From contig JASLIL010000025.1 in the NCBI GenBank assembly GCA_030152145.1, positions 34,528 through 98,527 of the forward strand: a stretch of 64,000 nucleotides of DNA, written 5' to 3'. The position numbers and the translations under genes are program-made. Below the pieces are notes generated by a model that saw only the letters and a program-made list of their open reading frames with translations, was not told where the DNA came from and searched no databases. Source of the stretch: Tissierellales bacterium. GTDB lineage: Bacteria; Bacillota; Clostridia; Tissierellales; JASKZW01. This document shows positions 10,270-19,308 of this stretch, in pieces (position 1 is the first letter of the stretch; every line of letters starts with the position of its first letter).

Positions 10270-10391
10270 TGGCATTGGAAGTATACTTAAACTTTAAAGA
10301 TTTTAAAGCACATATTATTTTTCATACAATGCTAATGTATACGGAATTTATATAAAGATATTAAATAACATATCTGTGAGGAGGAAATAAC

Positions 10392-11330
10392 ATGTCAGAA
10401 CTATATGATGTTATTATCATAGGAGAAGGACCTGCAGGATTAGCAGCTGGTCTATATGCATCAAGAGCTAGATTAAAAACTTTAATTATTGAAAAGGAAA
10501 AAGCTGGTGGACAAATCGTTACTACTGATGAAGTAGCTAACTACCCAGGATCAATTGAAAATGCTACAGGACCAACTTTGGTTGCTAGAATGGCAGATCA
10601 AGCTAAGGAATTTGGTGCAGAAAGAATATTAGATACAATATTAGAAGTAGACTTTTCAGATAAGGTTAAAGTTTTAAAAGGTGAAAAAGCTACTTATGAA
10701 GCAAAAACAGTTATAGTTGCAACTGGAGCTAACCCAAGAGCTATTGGGTGTCCAGGTGAAAAAGAATTAGTAGGTAGAGGAGTTTCATATTGTGCAACAT
10801 GTGACGCTGCTTTCTTCGAAGACTTAGAAGTATTCGTAGTAGGTGGAGGAGATACAGCTGTAGAAGAAGGTATGTATCTTGCTAAATTCGCTAGAAAAGT
10901 TACTATAGTTCACAGAAGAGACGAACTAAGAGCAGCTAAATCAATTCAAGAAAAAGCATTTGCTAATGAGAAAATGCACTTTATGTGGGATTCAGTAGTT
11001 ACAGAAGTTAAGGGTGACGGAATTGTTGAGTCAATGGTAGTAGAAAACACTAAAACTGGTGAAAAGACTGAAATCTTCGCAGATGAAGAAGATGGTACTT
11101 TCGGAATCTTCCCATTCATTGGATTTATACCTGCAACAAAATTATTTGATGGTATAATAGATCTAGAGGGTGGATACATTCCTACAGATGCTGATATGAA
11201 AACTAACGTTCCAGGAGTATTTGCAGCAGGAGATGTTAGGGTTAAGTCATTAAGACAGGTAGTTACAGCAACTGCTGATGGAGCTATAGCAGCAGTTCAA
11301 GCTGAAAAATATATAGAAGATAACTTCTAA
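10392..11330 (+). CDS. trxB: Thioredoxin-disulfide reductase (glycine-reductase-associated)
   Basis: FAD motif GEGPAGLAAG, redox-active CATC and NADPH motif GGGDTAVEEG. Confidence 0.9.
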   Translation: MSELYDVIIIGEGPAGLAAGLYASRARLKTLIIEKEKAGGQIVTTDEVANYPGSIENATGPTLVARMADQAKEFGAERILDTILEVDFSDKVKVLKGEKATYEAKTVIVATGANPRAIGCPGEKELVGRGVSYCATCDAAFFEDLEVFVVGGGDTAVEEGMYLAKFARKVTIVHRRDELRAAKSIQEKAFANEKMHFMWDSVVTEVKGDGIVESMVVENTKTGEKTEIFADEEDGTFGIFPFIGFIPATKLFDGIIDLEGGYIPTDADMKTNVPGVFAAGDVRVKSLRQVVTATADGAIAAVQAEKYIEDNF

Positions 11331-11412
11331 GATTTAAAATCTTAAAAGTTTCATTCAAAAAAGAAGTTTTTTTAATAAAAAAAGTTTCAAACAATAACAA
11401 GGAGGTATAATT

Positions 11413-11730
11413 ATGTTAGAACTAGATAGAAAAAATTTTGATGAAGAAGTTACAGAAGCTAGTGGAATAGTACTAGTAGATTACTGGGGACCAACTTGTG
11501 AACCATGTAAAGCTTTAATGCCACATGTACATGCATTAGCTGAAGAGCATGGAGACAAAATCAAATTCTGTTCATTTGATATTACAAAAGGTAGAAGAGT
11601 AGCTATAAAGCAAAAAGTTATGGGATTACCAGCTATCATTATCTACAAAGATGGTGAAGAAGTAGAAAGATTAGCTGAATCTGCAGCTACAGCTACAGCA
11701 GTAAAAGAATTAGTAGAAAAATATATCTAG
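11413..11730 (+). CDS. trxA: Thioredoxin with atypical CEPC active site
   Basis: 105 aa thioredoxin fold. The active site reads YWGPTCEPCK instead of WCGPC. The gene lies between trxB and grdE. Confidence 0.85.
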   Translation: MLELDRKNFDEEVTEASGIVLVDYWGPTCEPCKALMPHVHALAEEHGDKIKFCSFDITKGRRVAIKQKVMGLPAIIIYKDGEEVERLAESAATATAVKELVEKYI

Positions 11731-11758
11731 TTTTTAAGTAATTAGATTAACTTAGTTT

Positions 11759-11803
11759 TTAACTTATGGCCATGTAGGGGCTCTATATGGCCGCGTAAGT
11801 TAA
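11759..11803 (+). other. Long imperfect hairpin in the trxA-grdE spacer
   Basis: TTAACTTA (11759-11766) pairs with TAAGTTAA (11796-11803), and the inner GGCCAT (11768-11773) pairs with ATGGCC (11787-11792). That gives 14 bp in total with no clear U-tract. Confidence 0.5.
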
Positions 11804-11843
11804 TTATAGATAATAGCTTCAAATAAAAGGGGAGGTGAAGTAT

Positions 11844-13130
11844 ATGCGTCTAGATGTAGGCCACGTGCTTATAAATGATGTTCAATTTGGTAATGAAACT
11901 AAAATTGATAATGGTGTTCTATTCATAAACAAACAAGAGATTATTGATCTTGTTATGGAAGACGAACACATTAAGGAAGTAGACGTAGATATTGCAAGAC
12001 CTGGAGAGAGTGTTAGAATAACTCCAGTTAAGGACGTTGTAGAACCAAGAGTTAAGGTTGAAGGTCCAGGAGGAGTATTTCCAGGAATTTTATCAAAGGT
12101 TGATATAGTAGGTTCAGGAAAAACTAATGTTTTAAAAGGTTGTGCTGTTATGACAACTGGTAAAATAGTAGGTTTCCAAGAGGGTATTGTAGATATGAAA
12201 GGCCCAGGAGCTGACTATACTCCATTCTCAAAAACAAATAACATTGTATTGAGATGTGAACCAGTAGATGGTTTAAAACAACACGCTCACGAAAAAGCTG
12301 TTAGATTTGCAGGATTCAAAACAGCTGCTTATGTAGCAGAAGCTGCAAGAGAAATCGAACCTAATACAGTAAGAACTTATGAGGTAGATACTTTACTTGA
12401 AGGAATTAAGAAATATCCAGAACTTCCAAAAGTAGGATATGTACAAATGCTTCAAACACAAGGATTACTTCATGACACTTATGTATATGGTGTAGATGCT
12501 AAGCAAATAGTTCCAACTATAATGTACCCAACTGAAATAATGGACGGTGCTATTGTAAGTGGTAACTGTGTATCAGCTTGTGACAAGAACACAACATTCC
12601 ATCAAATGAATAACCCAGTAATCCATGATTTAATGGATGCACATGGTAAAGATTTAAACTTTGTTGGAGTAATAATTACAAACGAAAACGTATATCTTCA
12701 AGATAAAGAAAGATCATCAAACTGGACTGCTAAATTAGCAGAATATCTAGGATTAGATGCAGTTATAATATCACAAGAAGGATTTGGTAACCCAGATACT
12801 GACTTAATTATGAACTGTACTAAGATCGAAAAGAAAGATATAGATACAGTAATAATTACTGACGAGTATGCAGGTAGAGACGGTGCCAGCCAATCATTAG
12901 CTGACGCTGACATACTAGCAAACGCAGTAGTTACAGGAGGAAACGCTAACGAAGTTATCGAATTACCTCCAATGGATAAAATTATTGGTACTTTAGACTA
13001 TGTTGACATCATCGCTGGTGGATTCGATGGAAGCTTAAAAGAAGACGGCTCAATCGTAGTTGAACTTCAAGCTATCACAGGAGCTACTAACGAAGTTGGA
13101 TTCAACAAAATGTCAGCAAAAGGATTCTAA
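11844..13130 (+). CDS. grdE: Glycine reductase complex protein B proprotein (alpha/beta), GrdE
   Basis: The N-terminus MRLDVGHVLINDVQFG is typical of GrdE. GGGGAGG lies 8 nt upstream of ATG 11844; the ORF-track GTG at 11835 is too close to the RBS. An Asn-Cys self-cleavage context (VSGNCVSACD) is present. Confidence 0.9.
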   Translation: MRLDVGHVLINDVQFGNETKIDNGVLFINKQEIIDLVMEDEHIKEVDVDIARPGESVRITPVKDVVEPRVKVEGPGGVFPGILSKVDIVGSGKTNVLKGCAVMTTGKIVGFQEGIVDMKGPGADYTPFSKTNNIVLRCEPVDGLKQHAHEKAVRFAGFKTAAYVAEAAREIEPNTVRTYEVDTLLEGIKKYPELPKVGYVQMLQTQGLLHDTYVYGVDAKQIVPTIMYPTEIMDGAIVSGNCVSACDKNTTFHQMNNPVIHDLMDAHGKDLNFVGVIITNENVYLQDKERSSNWTAKLAEYLGLDAVIISQEGFGNPDTDLIMNCTKIEKKDIDTVIITDEYAGRDGASQSLADADILANAVVTGGNANEVIELPPMDKIIGTLDYVDIIAGGFDGSLKEDGSIVVELQAITGATNEVGFNKMSAKGF

Positions 13131-13201
13131 TTTAGAAACCAAATAATTGAAACAAAAAACTTATAATTTAAAATAAAAATACGAAAGGATGTGCAGAGAT
13201 A

Positions 13202-13675
13202 ATGTCATTATTTGATTCAAGCAAAAAAGTAATCATTATCGGTGACAGGGACGGTATCCCTGGACCAGCTATGGAAGAATGCATTAAGACTACAGACGCT
13301 GAAGTAGTATTCTCATCTACTGAGTGTTTTGTCTGAACTGCTGCAGGAGCAATGGACTTAGAAAACCAAAAGAGAGTAAAGGAATTAACTGAAAAACACG
13401 GTGCAGAAAACATGATCGTGTTAATCGGTGGAGCTGAAGCAGAAGCTGCAGGATTAGCAGCAGAAACTGTTACAGCTGGAGACCCAACTTTCGCAGGTCC
13501 ATTAGCAGGAGTCCAGTTAGGACTTAAAGTATACCACTGTGTAGAGCCAGAATTCAAAGAGTCAGTTGACGCTGATGTTTATGATGAACAAATCGGAATG
13601 ATGGAAATGGTTCTAGACGTTGAAGATATTGTTGAAGAAGTAAGCGAAATCAGAGAAGAATTCTGTAAATTCTAG
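13202..13675 (+). CDS. grdA: Glycine/sarcosine/betaine reductase complex selenoprotein A
   Basis: Own translation from ATG 13202 gives [56 protein letters not shown]... The in-frame TGA at 13334-13336 is codon 45, within the hallmark CFVUTAAGAMD motif. The ORF track reports only the part after the TGA (13352..13675). Confidence 0.95.
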
Positions 13676-13742
13676 TATCATATATTAGATTAGAATTTCG
13701 ATGATTAATTCCCTATGAAAAATACGGAGAGGGGGGAATCTA

Positions 13743-15056
13743 ATGGGGAAAATTAGAGTTGTCCATTATATAAACCAATTCTTCGCTGGTATCGGTGGAG
13801 AAGAAAAGGCTGACTACAAACCAGAATTAAGAGAAGGTGTAGTTGGACCAGGTATGGCTTTAGACGCTGGCTTTGGTGATGAAGCTGAAATTACTCACAC
13901 AATAATATGTGGAGACAGTTATTTTGGTGAAAACATGGAAGAAGCAGAAGCTGCTGTACTAGAAATGGTAAAAGAAGTAAATCCAGACTTATTTATAGCT
14001 GGACCAGCGTTTAACGCAGGTAGATACGGAGTTGCGTGTGGTACTATTGCAACATCTGTTCAAAATAAATTAGGCATCCCTGTAGTAACAGGAATGTACG
14101 AAGAAAACCCTGGTGCTGATATGTACAAGAAAGACGTATATATAGCATCAACAAGAAATAGTGCTGCAGGTATGAGAAAAGCTGTAAAGGTTATGGTACC
14201 ATTAGCACTTAAAATAGCTAAAGGTGAAGAAATAGGTTCACCAGCTGAAGAAGGATATTTACCAAGAGGTATTAGAAAGAACTTCTTCACAGACAAAAGA
14301 GGATCACAAAGAGCTATCGATATGCTTCTTAAGAAGATTAAAGGTGAAGAGTTCGAAACAGAATTCCCAATGCCTAACTTTGATAGAGTAGATCCTAATC
14401 CAGCAGTTAAAGATATGTCAAAAGCAACTGTTGCTATAGTAACATCAGGTGGTATTGTACCATTTGGTAACCCAGATCACATTGAGTCATCATCAGCTTC
14501 AAAATATGGTGAATACGATATTGAAGGAGTAAATGATTTACTTGAAGGCGAATGGGAAACAGCACACGGTGGTCATGACCCTGTATATGCTAACGAAGAC
14601 GCAGACAGAGTTATTCCAGTTGACGTATTAAGACAAATGGAAAAAGATGGTAGAATAGGTAAACTTCACAGATACTTCTACAGTACTGTAGGTAACGGTA
14701 CTGCAGTAGCAAGCTCAAAAGCTTATGCTGAAGAATTTGCTGCTAAGATGAAGGCTGACGGAGTAGATGCAGTTATCTTGACTTCTACTTGAGGTACTTG
14801 TACACGTTGCGGTGCAACAATGGTTAAAGAAGTTGAGCGTGCAGGAATTCCTGTAGTTCATATCTGTACAGTAGTACCTATTTCATTAACAGTAGGAGCT
14901 AACAGAATTGTTCCAGCTATAGCTATACCTCACCCACTAGGAAATCCAGCCCTAGACCATGGTGAAGAAGTAGCATTAAGACATAAAATAACTGAAACAG
15001 CTCTTCAAGCTCTAGAAACTGAAGTAGACGATCAAACAGTATTTGATGTAAAGTAG
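13743..15056 (+). CDS. grdB: Glycine reductase complex selenoprotein B
   Basis: ORFs 13743..14792 and 14820..15056 are in the same frame and are joined through TGA 14790-14792 (codon 350). The joined sequence reads ...VILTST-U-GTCTRCGATMVKEVERAGIPVVH..., the conserved UxxCxxC GrdB motif. Confidence 0.95.
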
Positions 15057-15072
15057 ATAGACTTTAAAATCC

Positions 15073-15104
15073 AAATGGGTGATAATATTTTTTATCGCCC
15101 ATTT
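15073..15104 (+). other. Hairpin in the grdB-grdC spacer
   Basis: AAATGGGTGAT (15073-15083) pairs with ATCGCCCATTT (15094-15104). That is 11 bp with one G-U pair, and no U-tract follows. Confidence 0.5.
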
Positions 15105-15148
15105 GTAATATGGAAAGGTTTAATCTACATAATTTTGGAGGTGGAATT

Positions 15149-16687
15149 ATGAATTTTCCTGTAGTAAAAGGAACTAGTTATGTATTATTACACGCTGAAG
15201 ACATGGTTATCCATAATGGTACTACCCAGTCAACAGAAAGAGTTACAAACCCAGAATCAGAGTATCTTAAAAAGTTACCAGAACATTTACGTACATTTGA
15301 GGAAGCAGTAAACTATTTACCAAACCAAGTATACATTGGTAATAAGAAGCCAGAAGACCTTAAAGAAGTTGCACAACCATGGTTTGATAAACCATTAGAA
15401 GGTGCAGATAGATTCGGTAAATTTGGTGAAATGATGCCAGAAGACGAATTCATAGGTTTAATCAAAATCGTTGACGCTTTTGACCTAGTTAAATTAACTG
15501 AAGAGTTTACAGCTGAAGTTAAAACTAAATTAGAAGCTCACCCACTAATGACAGAAGAGCTAATTGCTAAACTAAAAAAAGGAGATGCAGTTGCTGATAT
15601 CGAAAAATTAATCGAAGAGCAAGGAGCAGAAGGAATCTTCTTAGATGGCAAAACAGTTGGTTGTGTTAAAAGAGGACATGATGTTGACGTTAACTTAAAT
15701 GCACATGTTTTATTTGAAAACTTAGTATGTAAGGCATCAGGAGTTTTAGCAGGATTAAACCTAGTAGCTAAAAATGACTTTGATCCTAAAGATGTAGAAT
15801 ATGTAATCGAGTGTTCAGAGGAAGCATGTGGAGACATGAACCAAAGAGGTGGAGGTAACTTCGCAAAATCTATAGCTGAGATGGTTGGATTTGAAAATGC
15901 AACTGGTTCAGATACAAGAGGATTCTGTGCAGCTCCAACTCATGCTTTAATCGTAGCTGCTTCATTAGTACAAGCAGGAACATTCAAAAATGTTGTAGTT
16001 ATTTCAGGTGGATCAACTGCAAAATTAGGTATGAATGGTAAGAATCACGTTGAGAAAGACATGCCAATACTAGAAGACGTTGTAGGTGGATTTGCAGTAT
16101 TAATCAGTGAAAATGATGGTGTTAACCCAGTGTTAAGAACTGACATTGTTGGTAGACATACTGTTGGAACTGGTTCATCACCACAAGCAGTTATGGGTGG
16201 ATTAGTTACAAATCCTCTTGAAGAAGCAGGATTAAAAATAATTGACGTAGATAGATTCTCAGTTGAGATGCAAAACCCTGATGTTACAAAACCTGCAGGA
16301 GCAGGAGATGTACCAACAGCTAACTACAAGATGATTGGTGCATTAGGAGTTATGAAAAAACACATTGAGAGATCAGATATCAATGACTTTATACAAAACC
16401 ATGGTATGGAAGGATGGGCTCCAACTCAAGGACATATCCCATCAGGAGTACCTTATTTAGGATTCGCTAGAGAAGATATCTTAGCTGGCGATGTTAAAAG
16501 AGCTATGATTGTTGGTAAAGGTAGTTTATTCTTAGGTAGAATGACTAACTTATTCGACGGGGTATCAATAGTAGTAGAAAATAATCCAGGAAAAGTAGAT
16601 GAGGATAAGGGCGTTTCAGAAGAACAAGTAAGATCACTTGTGGCAGAAGCTATGAGAGATTTCTCTGCTCATTTACTTCAGGATTAG
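15149..16687 (+). CDS. grdC: Glycine reductase complex protein C, beta subunit
   Basis: GGAGGTGG lies 5-6 nt upstream of ATG 15149 (MNFPVVKGTSYVLLH...). The protein has a thiolase/FabH-like fold, and the gene lies between grdB and grdD. Confidence 0.9.
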   Translation: MNFPVVKGTSYVLLHAEDMVIHNGTTQSTERVTNPESEYLKKLPEHLRTFEEAVNYLPNQVYIGNKKPEDLKEVAQPWFDKPLEGADRFGKFGEMMPEDEFIGLIKIVDAFDLVKLTEEFTAEVKTKLEAHPLMTEELIAKLKKGDAVADIEKLIEEQGAEGIFLDGKTVGCVKRGHDVDVNLNAHVLFENLVCKASGVLAGLNLVAKNDFDPKDVEYVIECSEEACGDMNQRGGGNFAKSIAEMVGFENATGSDTRGFCAAPTHALIVAASLVQAGTFKNVVVISGGSTAKLGMNGKNHVEKDMPILEDVVGGFAVLISENDGVNPVLRTDIVGRHTVGTGSSPQAVMGGLVTNPLEEAGLKIIDVDRFSVEMQNPDVTKPAGAGDVPTANYKMIGALGVMKKHIERSDINDFIQNHGMEGWAPTQGHIPSGVPYLGFAREDILAGDVKRAMIVGKGSLFLGRMTNLFDGVSIVVENNPGKVDEDKGVSEEQVRSLVAEAMRDFSAHLLQD

Positions 16688-16698
16688 AGGTGATATAA

Positions 16699-17880
16699 AT
16701 GTCAGATAATAATGTAAAAGAAATGATAGGAAAGGTATTTTCCGACATAGCAGATGCTATGGAAACAGGTCAATTTGGAGGAAAAGTTAGAGTTGCTGTT
16801 ACTACTTTAGGTAGTGAACACGGCGTTGAAAACGTAATCAAAGGTGCTGAAATAGCACAAGAGAAAGATTCTTCAATTGAAGTAGTTTTAATAGGACCAA
16901 AGAGCGATTCAAAATTAACTCAAGTTGTAGTTGAAAATGAAGACGAAGGTTATGCTAGAATGGAAGAGCTTTTAGATAGTAAGGAAATAGATGCATGTGT
17001 TACTATGCACTATAACTTCCCTATAGGAGTATCTACTGTAGGTAGAGTAGTAACTCCTGGAATAGGTAAGGAAATGATTATAGCAACAACTACAGGAACA
17101 ACAGCTCCTCATAGAGTTGAAGCTATGATTAAAAATGGTATCAACGGAATAGCTACAGCTAAGGCTGTTGGTATTGAAAACCCTACTGTTGGTATCTTAA
17201 ATCTTGATGGTGCAAGACAAGTTGAGAGAGCTTTCAATGAGTTAATCTCAAAGGGCTATGAAATAAACTTAACTGAGTCAATGAGAGCTGATGGTGGATG
17301 TGTTATGAGAGGTAATGACTTATTAGCAGGAGTACCAGATGTAATGGTTACTGATACCTTAACAGGTAACATGCTAATGAAGATTTTCTCATCATATACA
17401 ACTGGTGGAAGCTACGAAGCTATGGGTTATGGATATGGACCAGGAATTGGTGAAGGATATGATAGAACTGTTTTAATCATATCTAGAGCATCAGGAGCTC
17501 CAGTTATTGCTAACGCTTTAATCTATGGTGCACAAGTTGCTAGAGGAAATATCCAAGAAATAGCTAAAGATGAGTATAAGAAAGCTAAAAAAGCTGGCTT
17601 AGAATCTATAGTTGCTGAATTAACTAAGGACAATAAAAAAGAAGCTGATACTGAAGAAGTAGTTGCTCCAGAAAAAGAAACAGTTACTGGAACAATTGGC
17701 GGTATCGACATAATGGACCTAGAAGATGCAGTTAGAGTTCTTTGGAAAGAAGGAATCTACGCTGAATCAGGAATGGGATGTACAGGTCCTATGGTAATGG
17801 TTAATGAAGAAAAACTAGAAAATGCTATTTCGATATTAGCTAAGGCAGGGTATGTTGCAGGTCAATCAGATCCTTGCTAG
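16699..17880 (+). CDS. grdD: Glycine reductase complex protein C, alpha subunit
   Basis: 393 aa. It is the last gene of the grd operon, PlsX/Pta-like, and has the C-terminal GMGCTGPMV motif. Confidence 0.9.
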   Translation: MSDNNVKEMIGKVFSDIADAMETGQFGGKVRVAVTTLGSEHGVENVIKGAEIAQEKDSSIEVVLIGPKSDSKLTQVVVENEDEGYARMEELLDSKEIDACVTMHYNFPIGVSTVGRVVTPGIGKEMIIATTTGTTAPHRVEAMIKNGINGIATAKAVGIENPTVGILNLDGARQVERAFNELISKGYEINLTESMRADGGCVMRGNDLLAGVPDVMVTDTLTGNMLMKIFSSYTTGGSYEAMGYGYGPGIGEGYDRTVLIISRASGAPVIANALIYGAQVARGNIQEIAKDEYKKAKKAGLESIVAELTKDNKKEADTEEVVAPEKETVTGTIGGIDIMDLEDAVRVLWKEGIYAESGMGCTGPMVMVNEEKLENAISILAKAGYVAGQSDPC

Positions 17881-17893
17881 GATAGAATATAAT

Positions 17894-17935
17894 GGGGTAA
17901 AGTTCTATTAATAGAGCTTTACCCTTTATTTTTGT
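17894..17935 (+). terminator. Rho-independent terminator of the grd operon
   Basis: GGGGTAAAGTTCTAT-TA-ATAGAGCTTTACCC forms a stem of about 14 bp, followed by TTTATTTTT. Confidence 0.85.
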
Positions 17936-18091
17936 CGAATGAAATAAATTATAAGATAGAATAAGAAAATTGGGGTATTATATATATGATGAAAAGTATA
18001 GCTTTTTCAAAAGATATGATACTATTTTCCTATATATTTACCTAATAAGCCTTATTTTTCAAATTAAAGTATATTATATAGGTATAATAAA

Positions 18092-18120
18092 TTGTAAAAT
18101 ATACCTATATATTATATAAT
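18092..18120 (+). promoter_or_regulatory. Sigma-A type promoter of the BMP ABC transporter operon
   Basis: TTGTAA (18092-18097), 17-nt spacer, TATAAT (18115-18120). Confidence 0.5.
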
Positions 18121-18182
18121 ATTTATGCTAATAGATTAAATATTAGCAAATAACAAATAAGATCAATATAAGAGGAGGATTT

Positions 18183-19289
18183 ATGTTGAAAAAGAGATTA
18201 TTAGCATTATTATTAATTACAGTTTTAGCTTTTGGTTTAGTTGGATGTGGAAATAAAGGTGGAGAAACAACTGATAAACCAGAAACAAATGAAACTGAAG
18301 GTACAGGTGAATCAGAAGAAACATTAGATGGTGAAGAACTAAGTGTAGGTATGGTAACTGACGAAGGTGGAGTTCATGATCAGTCATTCAACCAATCAGC
18401 TTGGGAAGGTTTACAAGAAGCAGAAAAAGACTTAGGCGTTAAAGTAAGGTATGTTGAGTCACAAGATGATGCGGACTTTACACCAAACCTAGAAGAGCTT
18501 CTAGATGGAGAAACAAATCTAATGTGGGGAATTGGATTTAAACTTGCAGACTCAGTATTTGAAGCTGCCACTAATAATCCAGATTACAAATATGCAGTAG
18601 TAGATGCAAGCTTTGATGGTAATGAAGAAGACTATCCAGGAGGAACTCCGGAAAACGCTTTAGGTATTGTATTTAAGGCAGAACAACCATCATTCCTAGT
18701 AGGATATATTGCAGGTAAAATGACAGAGACTGACAAGGTAGGATTCATTGGTGGTATTGAAATCGATGTTATTCAATCATTTGAGTATGGTTACAAGGCA
18801 GGAGTTAAATTTGCTGCTGAAGAACTAGGGAAAAACATTGAAGTATTATCACAATATGCTGAATCATTCTCAGATGCTCCTAAAGGTAAAGCTATAGCTA
18901 ACCAAATGTACAGCCAAGGTGCTGACATTGTATTCCACGCTTCAGGAGATGTTGGAACTGGAGTTATAGAAGCGGCTAAAGAAAATGACAAATGGGTAAT
19001 TGGTGTTGACAAGGATCAAAACTTCCTAGCACCAGACCACGTTTTAACTTCAGCTGTAAAAAGAGTTGACGTAGCTGTATATAATACTGTTAAAGATCTT
19101 AAAGAAGGAAACTTCAAAGGTGGAGAAACTGTTGTTTATACACTTAAAGAAGGCGGAGTTGACATAGCTCCAAGTTCAGACAAACATGTTCCAGCTGATC
19201 TTTTAGAAGAGGTAGAAGCATTAAAGCAAAAGATAATTGATGGAGACATTGAAGTTCCATTTAACGAAGAAACATTCAAAAGCTTCTAA
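18183..19289 (+). CDS. BMP family ABC transporter substrate-binding lipoprotein (nucleoside-type)
   Basis: Lipobox LVGCGN, followed by a Bmp/PnrA-like basic membrane protein domain. Confidence 0.85.
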   Translation: MLKKRLLALLLITVLAFGLVGCGNKGGETTDKPETNETEGTGESEETLDGEELSVGMVTDEGGVHDQSFNQSAWEGLQEAEKDLGVKVRYVESQDDADFTPNLEELLDGETNLMWGIGFKLADSVFEAATNNPDYKYAVVDASFDGNEEDYPGGTPENALGIVFKAEQPSFLVGYIAGKMTETDKVGFIGGIEIDVIQSFEYGYKAGVKFAAEELGKNIEVLSQYAESFSDAPKGKAIANQMYSQGADIVFHASGDVGTGVIEAAKENDKWVIGVDKDQNFLAPDHVLTSAVKRVDVAVYNTVKDLKEGNFKGGETVVYTLKEGGVDIAPSSDKHVPADLLEEVEALKQKIIDGDIEVPFNEETFKSF

Positions 19290-19308
19290 AAATATTATAA
19301 AATAAACT

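Noticed and set aside
10269-10286. TTGGCATTGGAAGTATAC upstream of trxB as a sigma-54 promoter
   Set aside because: It has TGGCAT at -24 but no GC/TTGC element at the -12 position (GTAT instead). It overlaps a good sigma-A -10.
13168-13557. 129-aa minus-strand ORF overlapping grdA
   Set aside because: It is antisense to a highly conserved selenoprotein gene, has no RBS, and arises from the artefactual gap that the UGA codon creates in the ORF track.
17986-18045. 19-codon ORF (MMKSIAFSKDMILFSYIFT) in the grd-BMP spacer
   Set aside because: It has only a weak GGGG 10 nt upstream. In an AT-rich spacer, such short ORFs are expected by chance.
17940-18182. Possible purine or nucleoside riboswitch ahead of the BMP transporter
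   Set aside because: The region is almost pure A/T and lacks any conserved purine, preQ1 or 2'-dG aptamer core.
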